From positions 7,680-71,679 of the forward strand of contig CAWGYL010000007.1 of NCBI GenBank assembly GCA_963826885.1: a stretch of DNA of 64,000 nucleotides. The letters are read 5' to 3'. The position numbers were made by a program, and so were the translations under genes. Under the pieces are notes generated by a model, which saw only the letters and a list, made by a program, of their open reading frames with translations, was not told where the DNA came from and did no database searches. Shown here in pieces: positions 48,939 through 59,670 of this stretch. Position 1 is the stretch's first letter. Every line of letters begins with the position of its first letter. This DNA is from Nitrospirota bacterium (GTDB taxonomy: Bacteria; Nitrospirota; UBA9217).

Positions 48939-49634
48939 TCATATGCATATTGCACTGTCCTCGGCAATGCAGCCGTCTTTGAGTATAATGCTGCGGGTTC
49001 CGAAGGATGCTGCTTTGGGGTCATGGGTCACCATCACGAGGGTCTGTCCCTCCGCATGAAGGCTTTTCAGCAGGTTGAGTATGTCCGTGCTCGTATGCGA
49101 GTCCAGGTTTCCCGTGGGTTCGTCCGCCAGCAGCACGGTGGGGTTGGTGACCAGCGCCCGGGCGATGGCTACACGCTGCATCTCGCCGCCGGAGAGCTGC
49201 TCGGGACGATGATCGGTACGGCCTGAGAGGCCGACCTTCCGCAGCAGGGATTCCGCCGTGGGTTTGACTTTTGAGAAGGGAATGCCTTCGAGCAAGAGAG
49301 GGAGCCCCACGTTTTCCGCGGCGGTGAGGATGGGCAGGAGGTTGAAGAACTGGAAAATGAATCCCACGCGCCTGCGGCGGAGCAGCGTGAGTTCGTCATC
49401 GGAGATGCCGTGGAGCGGCATGTTATCGATGTACACCTCGCCGTGGGTGGGCCGGTCCAGTCCGCCGATGAGGTTCAGGAGTGTGCTTTTGCCCGACCCG
49501 GACGCCCCCATGACGGAGAGAAACTCACCGGCCTTGATGACGAGAGTAATGTCCCGGAGAGCCCGGATCTCTCTCGCACCGTGCAGATAGGTTCTACTTA
49601 CATTTTTCAATTCGATCATTGTTGCCTCATGCAT
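48939..49634 (-). CDS. ABC transporter ATP-binding protein (LolD/MacB-ATPase-like)
   Basis: 'GASGSGKST' Walker A. '[15 protein letters not shown]' signature. '[11 protein letters not shown]' Walker B. Confidence 0.9.
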   Translation of the reverse strand: MHEATMIELKNVSRTYLHGAREIRALRDITLVIKAGEFLSVMGASGSGKSTLLNLIGGLDRPTHGEVYIDNMPLHGISDDELTLLRRRRVGFIFQFFNLLPILTAAENVGLPLLLEGIPFSKVKPTAESLLRKVGLSGRTDHRPEQLSGGEMQRVAIARALVTNPTVLLADEPTGNLDSHTSTDILNLLKSLHAEGQTLVMVTHDPKAASFGTRSIILKDGCIAEDSAICI

Positions 49635-49790
49635 ATTTTAGTAGCACTGAGCCGTGTTGTAAAGTTGTTTCTTGAGAAGGGGACCTCCTTTCTGATAAAA
49701 AAATCCTTTTCCAAAAAAGGGGGGGAATATGATACTATAAACCCTACGGATAGGGCATTATAATTTTTTATTACGCGGGGAGGTAACGAT

Positions 49791-50366
49791 ATGAAGGTCA
49801 TAGCATTCAACGGAAGCGCGCGAAAAGAGGGGAACACGTCGATCCTTTTAAACCTCGTCCTTGATGAACTGAAGGCGGAGGGAATCGAAGCGGAGGTCTA
49901 TCCGCTCGCGGGAAAAGCGGTCCAGGGGTGCATCGCCTGCTTTAAGTGCTTTGAAAAGAAGAACATGCGCTGCAATGTTGAGAAAGACATCATCAATGAA
50001 TGTATACAGAAGATGATCGAGGCGGACGGCATCATTCTGGGTTCGCCGACTTACTTTGCTGATGTGACCGCGAATATGAAGGCCCTTATTGAGCGGTGCG
50101 GCATGGTTGGGCGGGCGAACGACGGATTGTACAAGCGCAAAGTGGGCGCGGCTGTCGTGGCGGTCAGGCGGGCCGGCGGCATTCATGTTTTTAACTCCCT
50201 TAATTATTTTTTTTCGATCAATGAGATGGTCATCCCGGGCTCAAGCTACTGGAACCTGGGCATCGGGCGCCAACCGGGCGAGGTGAACAATGACGCCGAA
50301 GGCGTTCAGACCATGAAGACCCTGGGCAAAAACATGGCGTGGTTGATGAAGAAGATCAAGGCATAG
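49791..50366 (+). CDS. flavodoxin-like NADPH-dependent FMN reductase / iron-sulfur flavoprotein-like protein
   Basis: 'MKVIAFNGSARKEGNTS'. Cys cluster 'CIACFKCFEKKNMRC'. 'GSPTYF'. Confidence 0.65.
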   Translation: MKVIAFNGSARKEGNTSILLNLVLDELKAEGIEAEVYPLAGKAVQGCIACFKCFEKKNMRCNVEKDIINECIQKMIEADGIILGSPTYFADVTANMKALIERCGMVGRANDGLYKRKVGAAVVAVRRAGGIHVFNSLNYFFSINEMVIPGSSYWNLGIGRQPGEVNNDAEGVQTMKTLGKNMAWLMKKIKA

Positions 50367-50450
50367 GCTCCTGCTCGGCCTTACCCGATTCGTCTGATTG
50401 CAGGAAAAATTCTGTTCGTAGCCGGTTCTTTTCGAAAGGATTTTGTCCCG

Positions 50451-52238
50451 GTGTTCACAAGAACTTTTCTCAAACTCCGCTCGTCTATGAGCCTGAAGAT
50501 TGCGCTGATCGTTTCGGTACCGGTCGCGCTGATCAGTTTCACGATTTTTTATGTCTATCAGGTGCATGAACGGGAGATCCTGTTCCGGAACACCGCCACG
50601 CACCTGTTGCGCATGGCCGATGATATGAAGAATCCTGTCGAGACCTTCCTGAGATCGCAGGATTATGGCGGGATACAGAAACTGGTCGACCAGACGGCCC
50701 GGGGAACGGATGTCAAGATTGTTGCGCTATTCAACAGCTCCGGCAACGTGACTGCCAGCAGTGAAAATAAATACAGGGAAAAAAGCCTTTACGATATGCG
50801 GTCTGATGAATTCAACAGACAGGACATCGCGGCGATCCAGAAAGGGTTAAACGGAGGCTACTCGCAATACTATGACCCCGAGGATGAGCAGTACTGTATG
50901 GTTAGTCCGATTTTCAGCGGCGGAAAAACAGACGCGATGTTGTTCTGCGCGGATGTTACCTCGGTGAAAACCGCGCTTCAGGAAGAGTCTGATTTGAATA
51001 TGGGTCTTGTTTCAGGGGTCGCACTTGTTCTCGGAGCTTCCATCTACTTCTTGTTTTACAAGCTGTTTACAAAGAGGATCCAATCGATCTCGTCGGCCGC
51101 AGTCAAACTCGCGGCTGGCGACATAACAGTAAAGGCCGAAGCAGGCGGGATCGATGAGATCGGCCATCTGGCGACTTCCTTCAATGCCCTTGCCGACGAA
51201 ATAACTGACCGGCGCGCCAATCTTGAAGAGATCACGGCGAGCCGGGTGAAGGAGCTGACAGCTCTCTTTGCCGTAGTCGAAACCATAAGCCAGTCCCTGG
51301 ACCTAACAAAGGTACTGCCGAATGTTCTTGGCTGTGTGCTTGATAATTTCAGCGCAAGCAAAGGAGTTGTCGTACTCGTTGACCGCGATGACAAAATGCT
51401 GAGGCTGGCGGGGCACCGGGGCTTGTCGGAGGTAAGCCTCAGCAAGATCGTTTCTGATGGACAGGGCTGCACCGGAGATGTGATCCTAATGAAGAAGCCC
51501 ATCAGAGTGTCCGGCGATGAGGAAGGGGAGGGATCTGTCCCCGGCCTCGAAAAGGACGAAATTCGGTCGGCTTTGGTGGTGCCGATATCAGTCCGGGGAG
51601 AGGTCCTCGGCGCTTTCGGTGTGTACAGTGCGAAAAAAGACCGGTTTACGGAAAAAGACGAAGCCCTGCTCATGGCGATCGGCAGCCAGACAGGCGTTGC
51701 CGTGGAGAACGCGCGGCTCTACGAACAGACGCTTGATCTTGCACGGATGGACGGACTGACCTGCATGTTCAACCGGCGTCACCTGATGGAGCGTCTGGCT
51801 CAGGAAATTGATCGCGCAGAGCGCTACCAGAATTCACTCTCACTCATGATTCTGGACATGGATAAATTCAAGTCCTTTAATGATGCCTATGGCCATATCA
51901 AGGGCGACGAACTGCTGAAAGCATTTTCCTCCATACTAAAAGACACGGTCCGGACATCCGATATTGCCGGCCGGTACGGAGGAGAGGAATTCTGCGTTGT
52001 GCTCCCGAATACGTCGATCAAGGGCGCTGCACTCATAGCCGAGCGCATCAGAAAGGCTGTGGAGGGATTAACAATACCCATGGCCGAAGGCCAGCCAGCG
52101 GCGGGTCGGACCGTAAGCGTCGGCGTGACAGAATTTTCCTCGGGAGATTCGCTGGAAAAGCTGCTTGCTGCTGCTGATGCCGCGCTCTACCGCGCCAAGG
52201 ACGGCGGAAGAAACCGTGTGGAGATTTCCAAAGATTAG
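50451..52238 (+). CDS. sensor diguanylate cyclase (TM-HAMP-GAF-GGDEF)
   Basis: 'RYGGEEF' active site. 'LTCMFNRRHL'. GAF region 'VLVDRDDKMLRLAGHRGL'. N-terminal TM 'IALIVSVPVALISFTIFYVY'. Confidence 0.85.
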   Translation: MFTRTFLKLRSSMSLKIALIVSVPVALISFTIFYVYQVHEREILFRNTATHLLRMADDMKNPVETFLRSQDYGGIQKLVDQTARGTDVKIVALFNSSGNVTASSENKYREKSLYDMRSDEFNRQDIAAIQKGLNGGYSQYYDPEDEQYCMVSPIFSGGKTDAMLFCADVTSVKTALQEESDLNMGLVSGVALVLGASIYFLFYKLFTKRIQSISSAAVKLAAGDITVKAEAGGIDEIGHLATSFNALADEITDRRANLEEITASRVKELTALFAVVETISQSLDLTKVLPNVLGCVLDNFSASKGVVVLVDRDDKMLRLAGHRGLSEVSLSKIVSDGQGCTGDVILMKKPIRVSGDEEGEGSVPGLEKDEIRSALVVPISVRGEVLGAFGVYSAKKDRFTEKDEALLMAIGSQTGVAVENARLYEQTLDLARMDGLTCMFNRRHLMERLAQEIDRAERYQNSLSLMILDMDKFKSFNDAYGHIKGDELLKAFSSILKDTVRTSDIAGRYGGEEFCVVLPNTSIKGAALIAERIRKAVEGLTIPMAEGQPAAGRTVSVGVTEFSSGDSLEKLLAAADAALYRAKDGGRNRVEISKD

Positions 52239-52528
52239 AAGGATGCTGATAGAGAATTGAGGAGGCATCCTGAACGAAGTGAAAGATGCCGTATCTGGAA
52301 AAGCGGAATTCATCGCTGAGATCAGCATGACCATGCATCCTGCCTGCGAGACCAACGAACTGACAGGACGGGCTTTCTGATGTCTCCTATTCGCAGTTCA
52401 TTTCTCCCTTTCCCCGCCGCGTGAAGGTTCACTATCCTGATCAGGCCCTTTAATTGATGTATGATCGATCATGTGTGGGGCACTTCCATACTCAAGAGAA
52501 ACATGAATTACCCCTCCAGTCTTTCTGA

Positions 52529-52558
52529 TTGACACTTCTGGAAATTATCTGGTATAGT
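52529..52558 (+). promoter_or_regulatory. sigma70-type promoter of the trp operon
   Basis: TTGACA (52529-34), 18-nt spacer, TATAGT (52553-58). AAGGAG RBS 52575-80, 8 nt before the trpE ATG. Confidence 0.55.
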
Positions 52559-52588
52559 ACGTAAATCGCTTATTTTGCAAGGAGTTTT

Positions 52589-54076
52589 ATGTTCCAGCCG
52601 TCTCTGGAAGAATTCAAACAAAAAGCAAAAAAAGGTAATCTGATTCCCGTATACCGCGAGATTCTAGCAGACCGGGAAACACCCGTATCGGCATTCCAAA
52701 AGATCGACGACGGACGGCATTCCTTCCTGCTCGAAAGCATGGAAGGCGGCGAGAAATGGGCCCGTTATTCCTTTTTAGGAAGCAGACCGTCGGTCATTGT
52801 CAGGACCTTTGGCCGAATGGCCGAGATCGTCCGGAGCGGCAAGACTGCAAAGATTGCATTTGAACGGGATCCCCTCGAGGTGATCAAAAAGGTCCTGTCC
52901 GAATACCGGCCGGTACCTGATCCATCACTGCCACGGTTTTTCGGCGGTGCTGTAGGATTCATGGGCTATGATGTTGTCCGTTTTTTTGAAGAACTGCCCG
53001 GGCGGGAGAAAGCGGGTTTGGACACTCCCGACATTTTTTTCATGATAACCGACACGCTCGTGGTTTTCGACAACGTGACCCATATGATCAAGGTGGTGTC
53101 GAATGCCCATGTCAAGGGAAGGTCCGTCGAAGCCGCGTATCGGGAAGCCGTAAAGAAGATCAACAACCTGGTCAGGAAACTGAAAGCCGGGATCAAGGTT
53201 CAGGCGTCAAGGGGCAGGGGAAAATCGAAGTCAAAAAATCATACGCTGACGTCGAACTTTGCCCAGCCGCAGTATGAACAGGCGGTGCTCAAGGCAAAAG
53301 AATATATCAAGGCGGGTGATATTTTCCAGGTAGTTCCGTCCCAGCGATTCCAGACGAAGATCTCCGTAGAACCATATGAAATCTATCGCGCTCTCCGTCT
53401 GATCAATCCGTCGCCGTATATGTATTTTCTCCGGTGCGGCGATACAACCGTTGTCGGCGCTTCCCCCGAGGTGATGGTAAGGCTCGAAGGAAACCGGATC
53501 GATCTTCGCCCAATAGCGGGCACGCGACGTCGCGGGGCTGACGAGGAAGAGGATAAGGCGCTTGCCGAGGAGCTTCTCGCGGACCCCAAGGAGCGGGCTG
53601 AGCACATCATGCTTGTGGACCTGGGGCGGAATGACGTGGGAAGGGTGAGCGAGCCGGGAAGCGTGAATGTAAGCGAACTCATGGTAATTGAGCGCTACTC
53701 GCATGTTATGCATATCGTGTCGAATGTGCTCGGCAGATTATCTGCGGAAAACGACGCCTATGACGTCATTCGGGCCTGTTTTCCCGCCGGCACAGTATCA
53801 GGCGCTCCGAAGATCAGGGCCATGCAAATCATTGACGAACTGGAGCCCACGAAGCGCGGGCCTTACGCAGGCGCCGTCGGATATTTCGGATTTTCCGGAA
53901 ACATGGACACTTGCATCACCATACGGACGCTTGTGATCAAAAACAACGTGGCCTATATCCAGGCCGGTGGAGGTGTGGTCGCGGACAGCGATCCTGCCGC
54001 GGAATACCAGGAAACGGTGAACAAGGCCACGGCCATGATGCGAGCCGTGGAGATGGCGGAGAAGGGGCTGGATTAA
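52589..54076 (+). CDS. trpE: anthranilate synthase component I
   Basis: 495 aa. 'LLESMEGGEKWARYSF', 'IAGTRRRG', 'GAVGYFGFSGNMDTCITIRT'. Confidence 0.92.
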   Translation: MFQPSLEEFKQKAKKGNLIPVYREILADRETPVSAFQKIDDGRHSFLLESMEGGEKWARYSFLGSRPSVIVRTFGRMAEIVRSGKTAKIAFERDPLEVIKKVLSEYRPVPDPSLPRFFGGAVGFMGYDVVRFFEELPGREKAGLDTPDIFFMITDTLVVFDNVTHMIKVVSNAHVKGRSVEAAYREAVKKINNLVRKLKAGIKVQASRGRGKSKSKNHTLTSNFAQPQYEQAVLKAKEYIKAGDIFQVVPSQRFQTKISVEPYEIYRALRLINPSPYMYFLRCGDTTVVGASPEVMVRLEGNRIDLRPIAGTRRRGADEEEDKALAEELLADPKERAEHIMLVDLGRNDVGRVSEPGSVNVSELMVIERYSHVMHIVSNVLGRLSAENDAYDVIRACFPAGTVSGAPKIRAMQIIDELEPTKRGPYAGAVGYFGFSGNMDTCITIRTLVIKNNVAYIQAGGGVVADSDPAAEYQETVNKATAMMRAVEMAEKGLD

Positions 54077-54198
54077 ACGATAGATCAGAGTTCAGAGTGG
54101 AAGGCACAAAAAGGGAAATACCACTGCTGGTTTGAACTCTTTTTTCCCTGAACTGTGAACCCTGAACGTAGAACTGAATTTGACGTATAGAGGTTCTC

Positions 54199-54762
54199 AT
54201 GTTATTAATGATTGACAATTACGATTCCTTCACCTACAACCTGGTCCAGTACTTTGGAGAGCTGGGCCAGGACCTGAAGGTGTACCGGAACAACAAAATC
54301 ACGATCGCCGAGATCGAGAAAATGAATCCCGACCGTATTGTGATTTCGCCCGGGCCGTGTACGCCGAAAGAGGCGGGAATTTCCATCGAAGTGATCAGGC
54401 ATTTTACCGGGAAAATGCCAATTCTTGGGGTCTGCCTGGGACATCAGTCCATCGGAGAAGCCTTCGGGGGGGATGTAATTCGCGCGCCCTACCTTATGCA
54501 CGGCAAGACGTCGATGATTCATCACGACGGCAGGACCATCTTCGCAGGTCTTCCTAATCCCTTCGAAGCTACAAGGTACCACTCGCTCATCATCAAGCGG
54601 GAAACAATGCCGGCGGTCCTCGAAATATCCGCCTGGACCGACGATGGCGTAGTCATGGGTGTACGCCACAAGCAGCATAAGCTCGAGGGTGTGCAGTTCC
54701 ATCCCGAGTCTATCCTGACGGGAGTGGGAAAAAATTTGCTCAAGAATTTTTTGAAGCTGTGA
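54199..54762 (+). CDS. trpG: anthranilate synthase component II (glutamine amidotransferase)
   Basis: '[18 protein letters not shown]', '[10 protein letters not shown]', 'GVQFHPES'. Confidence 0.9.
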   Translation: MLLMIDNYDSFTYNLVQYFGELGQDLKVYRNNKITIAEIEKMNPDRIVISPGPCTPKEAGISIEVIRHFTGKMPILGVCLGHQSIGEAFGGDVIRAPYLMHGKTSMIHHDGRTIFAGLPNPFEATRYHSLIIKRETMPAVLEISAWTDDGVVMGVRHKQHKLEGVQFHPESILTGVGKNLLKNFLKL

Positions 54763-54925
54763 TGATTAACCAAGGATAAACACGGGTGCGGTTGCGCCGC
54801 ACTCACGGATTCGATTTCAATGGTTTCAGCCAAATAATGCATTATCCCCGAGGCGGAGCCTGTTTTGAACAAAGCTCTCATGGTTTTAGTCGTTCTTCGG
54901 TAAATGTGCTGACCGCGAGGTACCG

Positions 54926-55939
54926 GTGATCAAAGAAGCAATCTCAAAGGTTGTTGCCAAGACAAATCTTACCGAAACCGAGGCCGAGGTGGTGATGCGC
55001 GAGATCATGCAGGGCGAGGCGACCGACGCTCAGATCGCTGCTTATATCACCGCCCTTAGGATCAAGGGCGAAACGGTTGACGAGATAACTGGCTCGGCGA
55101 GGGTGATGCGCGAGAAGGCCGTGCCGATCAAACTCGATGCGAAGTACCAGGTAGACACCTGCGGAACCGGCGGCGACATGGCTCATACCTTCAATATATC
55201 CACCACCGTGGCCTTTGTTGTCGCTGGCGGGGGGGTGACCGTTGCAAAGCACGGCAACCGGTCGGTTTCGAGCAAGAGCGGCAGCGCCGATGTGCTTCAG
55301 GCGCTTGGCGTCAATATCGAGATTCCGTCGCACCGAGTTGAAGAGTGCCTGCAGGAAACGGGCATTGCCTTCCTGTTCGCGCCCCTGATGCACCAGGCAA
55401 TGAAATTTGCCATCGGACCACGGAGGGAAATCGGCATCCGAACCATTTTCAACATCCTGGGCCCGCTCACCAATCCCGCAAAGGTGACCTCGCAGATCAT
55501 GGGCGTCTATGCAGCGGAGCTGACGGCGCCTCTTGCTCAGGCCCTGGGGAAGCTCGGGGCCAATCATGCTTTTGTTGTTCACGGCATGGACGGACTCGAC
55601 GAGATCACCAACACCGACAGGACCAAAATATCGGAGTACGCGGCTGGAAAGGTGAAGGACTATTACCTCCACCCGTCGGATTTCGGTATGGCAACAGCGA
55701 GGAAAGATGATTTGAAAGGCGGGGATGCGAAAGATAATGCGACAATAACCCTGGATGTGCTGAAGGGGAAAAAAGGTTTTCATCGCGATATCGTGCTGTT
55801 GAATGCCGCCGCCGGTCTTGCCGCATCGGGTAAGGCCCGTGATTTGCCGGAAGGCATCAGGATTGCCGCCGAATCAATAGATTCGGGAGCCGCATTCAGA
55901 AAGTTGGAACGGATGAAAGCGTTCACGAATAAGCTCTAG
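54926..55939 (+). CDS. trpD: anthranilate phosphoribosyltransferase
   Basis: 'VDTCGTGGDMAHTFNISTT', 'KHGNRSVSSKSGSADVL'. Confidence 0.9.
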   Translation: MIKEAISKVVAKTNLTETEAEVVMREIMQGEATDAQIAAYITALRIKGETVDEITGSARVMREKAVPIKLDAKYQVDTCGTGGDMAHTFNISTTVAFVVAGGGVTVAKHGNRSVSSKSGSADVLQALGVNIEIPSHRVEECLQETGIAFLFAPLMHQAMKFAIGPRREIGIRTIFNILGPLTNPAKVTSQIMGVYAAELTAPLAQALGKLGANHAFVVHGMDGLDEITNTDRTKISEYAAGKVKDYYLHPSDFGMATARKDDLKGGDAKDNATITLDVLKGKKGFHRDIVLLNAAAGLAASGKARDLPEGIRIAAESIDSGAAFRKLERMKAFTNKL

Positions 55940-55985
55940 GGTCAAGGGGCAAGCAGCAGGGAACGGCACTGCGAAAATTCTCTTT

Positions 55986-56765
55986 ATGATTTTAGACGAC
56001 ATCATTGCTAACAAGAAAGGGGAACTTGCGGCAACAAAGCGCCGGTCCTCCTTATCCGATATAAAAGCCCGGGCAGCTGATGCCGGGCCGACAAGAGGTT
56101 TTGGAAAGGCTCTTTCCACGGGAACCGGGATTCACCTCATCGCGGAAATGAAGAAAGCTTCACCCTCGAAAGGCGTGATCCGCGAGGACTTCGATCCAGT
56201 CAAGATCGCGCGCGTATACGAGGAGTCGGGAGCATCCTGCCTGTCCGTGCTCACTGAGAAGAAGTTCTTTCAGGGTGAACTGGAGTACCTCGGCATGATC
56301 CGGAAGGCCGTGGGACTGCCGCTTCTTCGAAAGGACTTTATTATCGATGAGTACCAGATATTTGAAGCGAAGGCCGCAGGTGCTGATGCGATGCTGCTGA
56401 TTGCTGCCTGCCTGGAAAAACAGCAGATGGTCGACTTTCTTGGTATCGCGGACGGACAGGGACTCGATGTCCTGGTGGAGTCCCATACGTACAAGGAGCT
56501 GGACAAGTCTCTTCTCGCGGGAGCGATGCTCGTGGGGATAAACAATCGCGATCTCGCGACTTTTAACGTGAACTTGCAGACAACGATCGATCTTTTAAAG
56601 GATATTCCTGACGACCGGATCGTCGTGAGCGAGAGCGGCATCAAAACCCGGGATGACGTGATTATGCTCGAAAAAGCGGGTTTGGATGCGATTCTCGTTG
56701 GTGAGAGCCTGATGCAGGAAAAAGACATCGGGAAAAAAACGAAAGAACTTCTGGGAAAAAGTTAA
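55986..56765 (+). CDS. trpC: indole-3-glycerol phosphate synthase
   Basis: 'LIAEMKKASPSKG', 'LSVLTEKKFFQG', 'GINNRDL'. Confidence 0.9.
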   Translation: MILDDIIANKKGELAATKRRSSLSDIKARAADAGPTRGFGKALSTGTGIHLIAEMKKASPSKGVIREDFDPVKIARVYEESGASCLSVLTEKKFFQGELEYLGMIRKAVGLPLLRKDFIIDEYQIFEAKAAGADAMLLIAACLEKQQMVDFLGIADGQGLDVLVESHTYKELDKSLLAGAMLVGINNRDLATFNVNLQTTIDLLKDIPDDRIVVSESGIKTRDDVIMLEKAGLDAILVGESLMQEKDIGKKTKELLGKS

Positions 56766-56896
56766 AGGAAGACCAAATTATAAAGAATGAAGTTTCAGGG
56801 AAGTTGCAAGGGGGGAACGTTGCGGCATTGTCCTTTTGGTTTTATTGGTTTGACTCAATGTTTAATTCTGGCATTTGGACATGACATGAGGACGCT

Positions 56897-57517
56897 ATGA
56901 TTAAAATAAAAATCTGCGGCATTACCAATCTTGAAGATGCGCTCGCTTCGGCTGATTCCGGCGCCGATGCGCTAGGGTTCAATTTTTACAAAAAAAGTCC
57001 GCGCTGTATCGAGCCCGAAAAAGCAGCGGAGATTATTGCCCAGCTGCCACCCTTCGTCATGCCCGTCGGCATTTTCGTGAACGAGCGCGAAGAGAAAATC
57101 CGGGAGATCCAGCAGCTGGCCTCTCTGCAGGCGCTCCAATTCCACGGTGATGAAAGTCCCGAGTTCTGCCAGCGATTCGGCGGGCGGGTCATCAAGGCAT
57201 TCCAGGTAAAGGACAAGGAAAGTCTCAAAAATATGGCCCATTATCACGTGGGCGCGTTTCTGCTCGACAGCTACCGCGACGGAGTTCGCGGCGGGACAGG
57301 GGTCACGTTCGACTGGCACCTTGCGGTGGTTGCCAAAACTTTCGGCAAAGTGATCCTTGCCGGCGGTCTCACACCGGAAAATGTGGCTGAAGCGGTGAAA
57401 CTTGTGCAGCCTTATGGAGTTGATGTTGCAGGTGGAGTGGAGAAAGAGAAAGGGATCAAGGATCATGCAAAGATCAAGAAGTTTATCGCCGAGGTCCGGA
57501 GGGCTGCACGGCAATGA
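56897..57517 (+). CDS. trpF: phosphoribosylanthranilate isomerase
   Basis: '[12 protein letters not shown]...GADALGFNF', 'LQFHGDES'. Stop overlaps the trpB start. Confidence 0.88.
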   Translation: MIKIKICGITNLEDALASADSGADALGFNFYKKSPRCIEPEKAAEIIAQLPPFVMPVGIFVNEREEKIREIQQLASLQALQFHGDESPEFCQRFGGRVIKAFQVKDKESLKNMAHYHVGAFLLDSYRDGVRGGTGVTFDWHLAVVAKTFGKVILAGGLTPENVAEAVKLVQPYGVDVAGGVEKEKGIKDHAKIKKFIAEVRRAARQ

Positions 57518-58704
57518 GCATTCCGGATAAAAAAGGACACTTTGGCATTTACGGCGGCAAGTTCGCGCCCGAAACGCTCATGCCGGCGTTAATCGATCTT
57601 GAAGCCGCATATCTTGCGGCGAAGAAGGACAAAGAGTTCCAGGCCGAGCTCGAGTTTTATTTCCGCGAATTCATCGGCCGGCCGACACCGCTTTATTTCG
57701 CGAAGCGGCTCACGGAGCATCTTGGCGGCGCCAGGATCTATCTCAAGCGCGAGGACCTCTGCCATACGGGAGCACACAAGATCAATAATTCTCTGGCACA
57801 GGTTCTTCTTGCAAAACGCATGGGCAAGACCCGCGTGGTGGCCGAGACGGGTGCGGGCCAACACGGGGTTGCCACAGCCACAGCGGCGGCCATGTTCGGG
57901 CTTGACTGCGAAGTATACATGGGCACCGACGACGTGGCGCGCCAATCATTAAACGTTTTCCGCATGAAGCTCCTGGGCACGACGGTGAGGCCTGTTGACA
58001 TTGGCAGTAAAACACTCAAGGACGCCATCAATGAAGCCATGCGTGACTGGATCACGAACGTGTCAAATACGCATTACGTGCTGGGAACCGTCTTCGGCCC
58101 CCATCCGTTTCCGATGATGGTGCGCGATTTTCAGTCTGTCATCGGCCACGAGGCGAAGAAGCAGATTATGAAGTTCGAGGGGAGACTACCAGATGCTCTC
58201 ATCGCCTGCGTAGGCGGCGGGTCGAATGCCATGGGCCTGTTCCACGAGTTCCTTCATGATGACTCGGTCAGGATGTACGGCATCGAGGCAGGTGGACTGG
58301 GCATCGAGCGGGGAAAACACGCGGCGCGCTTTGCCGGTGGGTCCCTCGGCGTGCTGCAGGGATGCAAGACCTTCGTGCTTCAGGACGAGCAGGGCCAGAT
58401 CGAGATGACCCATTCCATTTCCGCGGGCCTCGATTACGCCGCTGTCGGCCCCGAACATGCGATGTATCATGATACCGGGCGCATTGAGTACACCTACGCA
58501 ATCGACGAGGAGGCCATGGAGGCATTCGACCTCTTGTCCCGCCTCGAAGGCATCATCCCGGCGCTCGAGAGCGCGCACGCAGTCGCTTATTGCCTGAAAC
58601 TGGCTCCGACGCTCGGCAGAGACAAGGTCGTAATCGTCAACCTCTCGGGCCGTGGTGACAAGGACGTTTTGCAGGTGGCGAAAATTAAGGGAGTGGAGCT
58701 GTGA
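57514..58704 (+). CDS. trpB: tryptophan synthase beta chain
   Basis: '[12 protein letters not shown]', '[15 protein letters not shown]', 'GGGSNAMG'. Confidence 0.92.
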   Translation: MSIPDKKGHFGIYGGKFAPETLMPALIDLEAAYLAAKKDKEFQAELEFYFREFIGRPTPLYFAKRLTEHLGGARIYLKREDLCHTGAHKINNSLAQVLLAKRMGKTRVVAETGAGQHGVATATAAAMFGLDCEVYMGTDDVARQSLNVFRMKLLGTTVRPVDIGSKTLKDAINEAMRDWITNVSNTHYVLGTVFGPHPFPMMVRDFQSVIGHEAKKQIMKFEGRLPDALIACVGGGSNAMGLFHEFLHDDSVRMYGIEAGGLGIERGKHAARFAGGSLGVLQGCKTFVLQDEQGQIEMTHSISAGLDYAAVGPEHAMYHDTGRIEYTYAIDEEAMEAFDLLSRLEGIIPALESAHAVAYCLKLAPTLGRDKVVIVNLSGRGDKDVLQVAKIKGVEL

Positions 58705-58747
58705 TTACAAAGACACTGTTTAAAATCACGAATCAAAGTCGGGGCAT

Positions 58748-59560
58748 ATGTCGAGAATAAAGAATACCTTCAACAGACTGAAGAAAAAGAATGAGGCGGC
58801 GCTCATTCCTTACATAATGGCCGGTGATCCGGACCTCGAGACGTCGAAAACGCTTATACTCGAGATGGAGCAGGCGGGCTGTGATTTAATCGAAATCGGT
58901 GCACCTTTTTCCGATCCTTTGGCGGACGGTCCTACGATTCAGAAGGCCGCGATTCGCTCGCTGAAGAATCATACGAGCATTACCGATGTCCTGGGTCTGG
59001 TAGCCGCCGTGCGGAAGACCAGTAAAATACCACTCATTGTCATGACCTACTACAACCTGATTTTTCACTACGGGGAGGAGCGGTTTGTGAACGAAGCTGC
59101 GTCAGCCGGACTGGACGGGATCATTCTGCCCGATCTTCCTCCCGAAGAGGCGGGCACGCTGATTCCCCTTGCAAAGGAAGCGGGGCTGGACCTGATTTTT
59201 CTTCTTGCGCCCACAAGCACCGAGGAGCGGATCAAACTCGTATGCAAGGTCGGCCAGGGTTTTCTGTATTATGTCTCGCTCACCGGCGTGACTGGCGCCC
59301 GCGCCGGCATTCATGGTTCTGTCGAGGGATCGCTCAGGAGGATCAAGGCCGTCACGGATAAGCCGGTAGCCGTCGGATTCGGCATTTCCTCGCCGGATCA
59401 GGCATCGCAGATTGCACGCTTTGGGGCTGACGGCGTGATCGTGGGCAGCGCGCTTGTGAAAGTCATAGAAGAGAACATCAATTCGCCCGAGCTTGTCAGC
59501 CGGACTGTGGCGTTCGTTAAGGCGCTCAAACAGGGTGTCCTCGCTGGACGAGGCGAATAG
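58748..59560 (+). CDS. trpA: tryptophan synthase alpha chain
   Basis: 'LIPYIMAGDPD', 'DLIEIGAPFSDPLADGPTIQ', 'GFGIS'. Confidence 0.9.
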   Translation: MSRIKNTFNRLKKKNEAALIPYIMAGDPDLETSKTLILEMEQAGCDLIEIGAPFSDPLADGPTIQKAAIRSLKNHTSITDVLGLVAAVRKTSKIPLIVMTYYNLIFHYGEERFVNEAASAGLDGIILPDLPPEEAGTLIPLAKEAGLDLIFLLAPTSTEERIKLVCKVGQGFLYYVSLTGVTGARAGIHGSVEGSLRRIKAVTDKPVAVGFGISSPDQASQIARFGADGVIVGSALVKVIEENINSPELVSRTVAFVKALKQGVLAGRGE

Positions 59561-59670
59561 CATCGAGAGAAGCGACCGCTAAAGAAGTTTTACGGCCAGC
59601 TGCTTTTTCAGAACAAACGCCGCGGGACAGTGCGGCATTAGCAAACACACTTACAGAGAAAGGGGATTTC

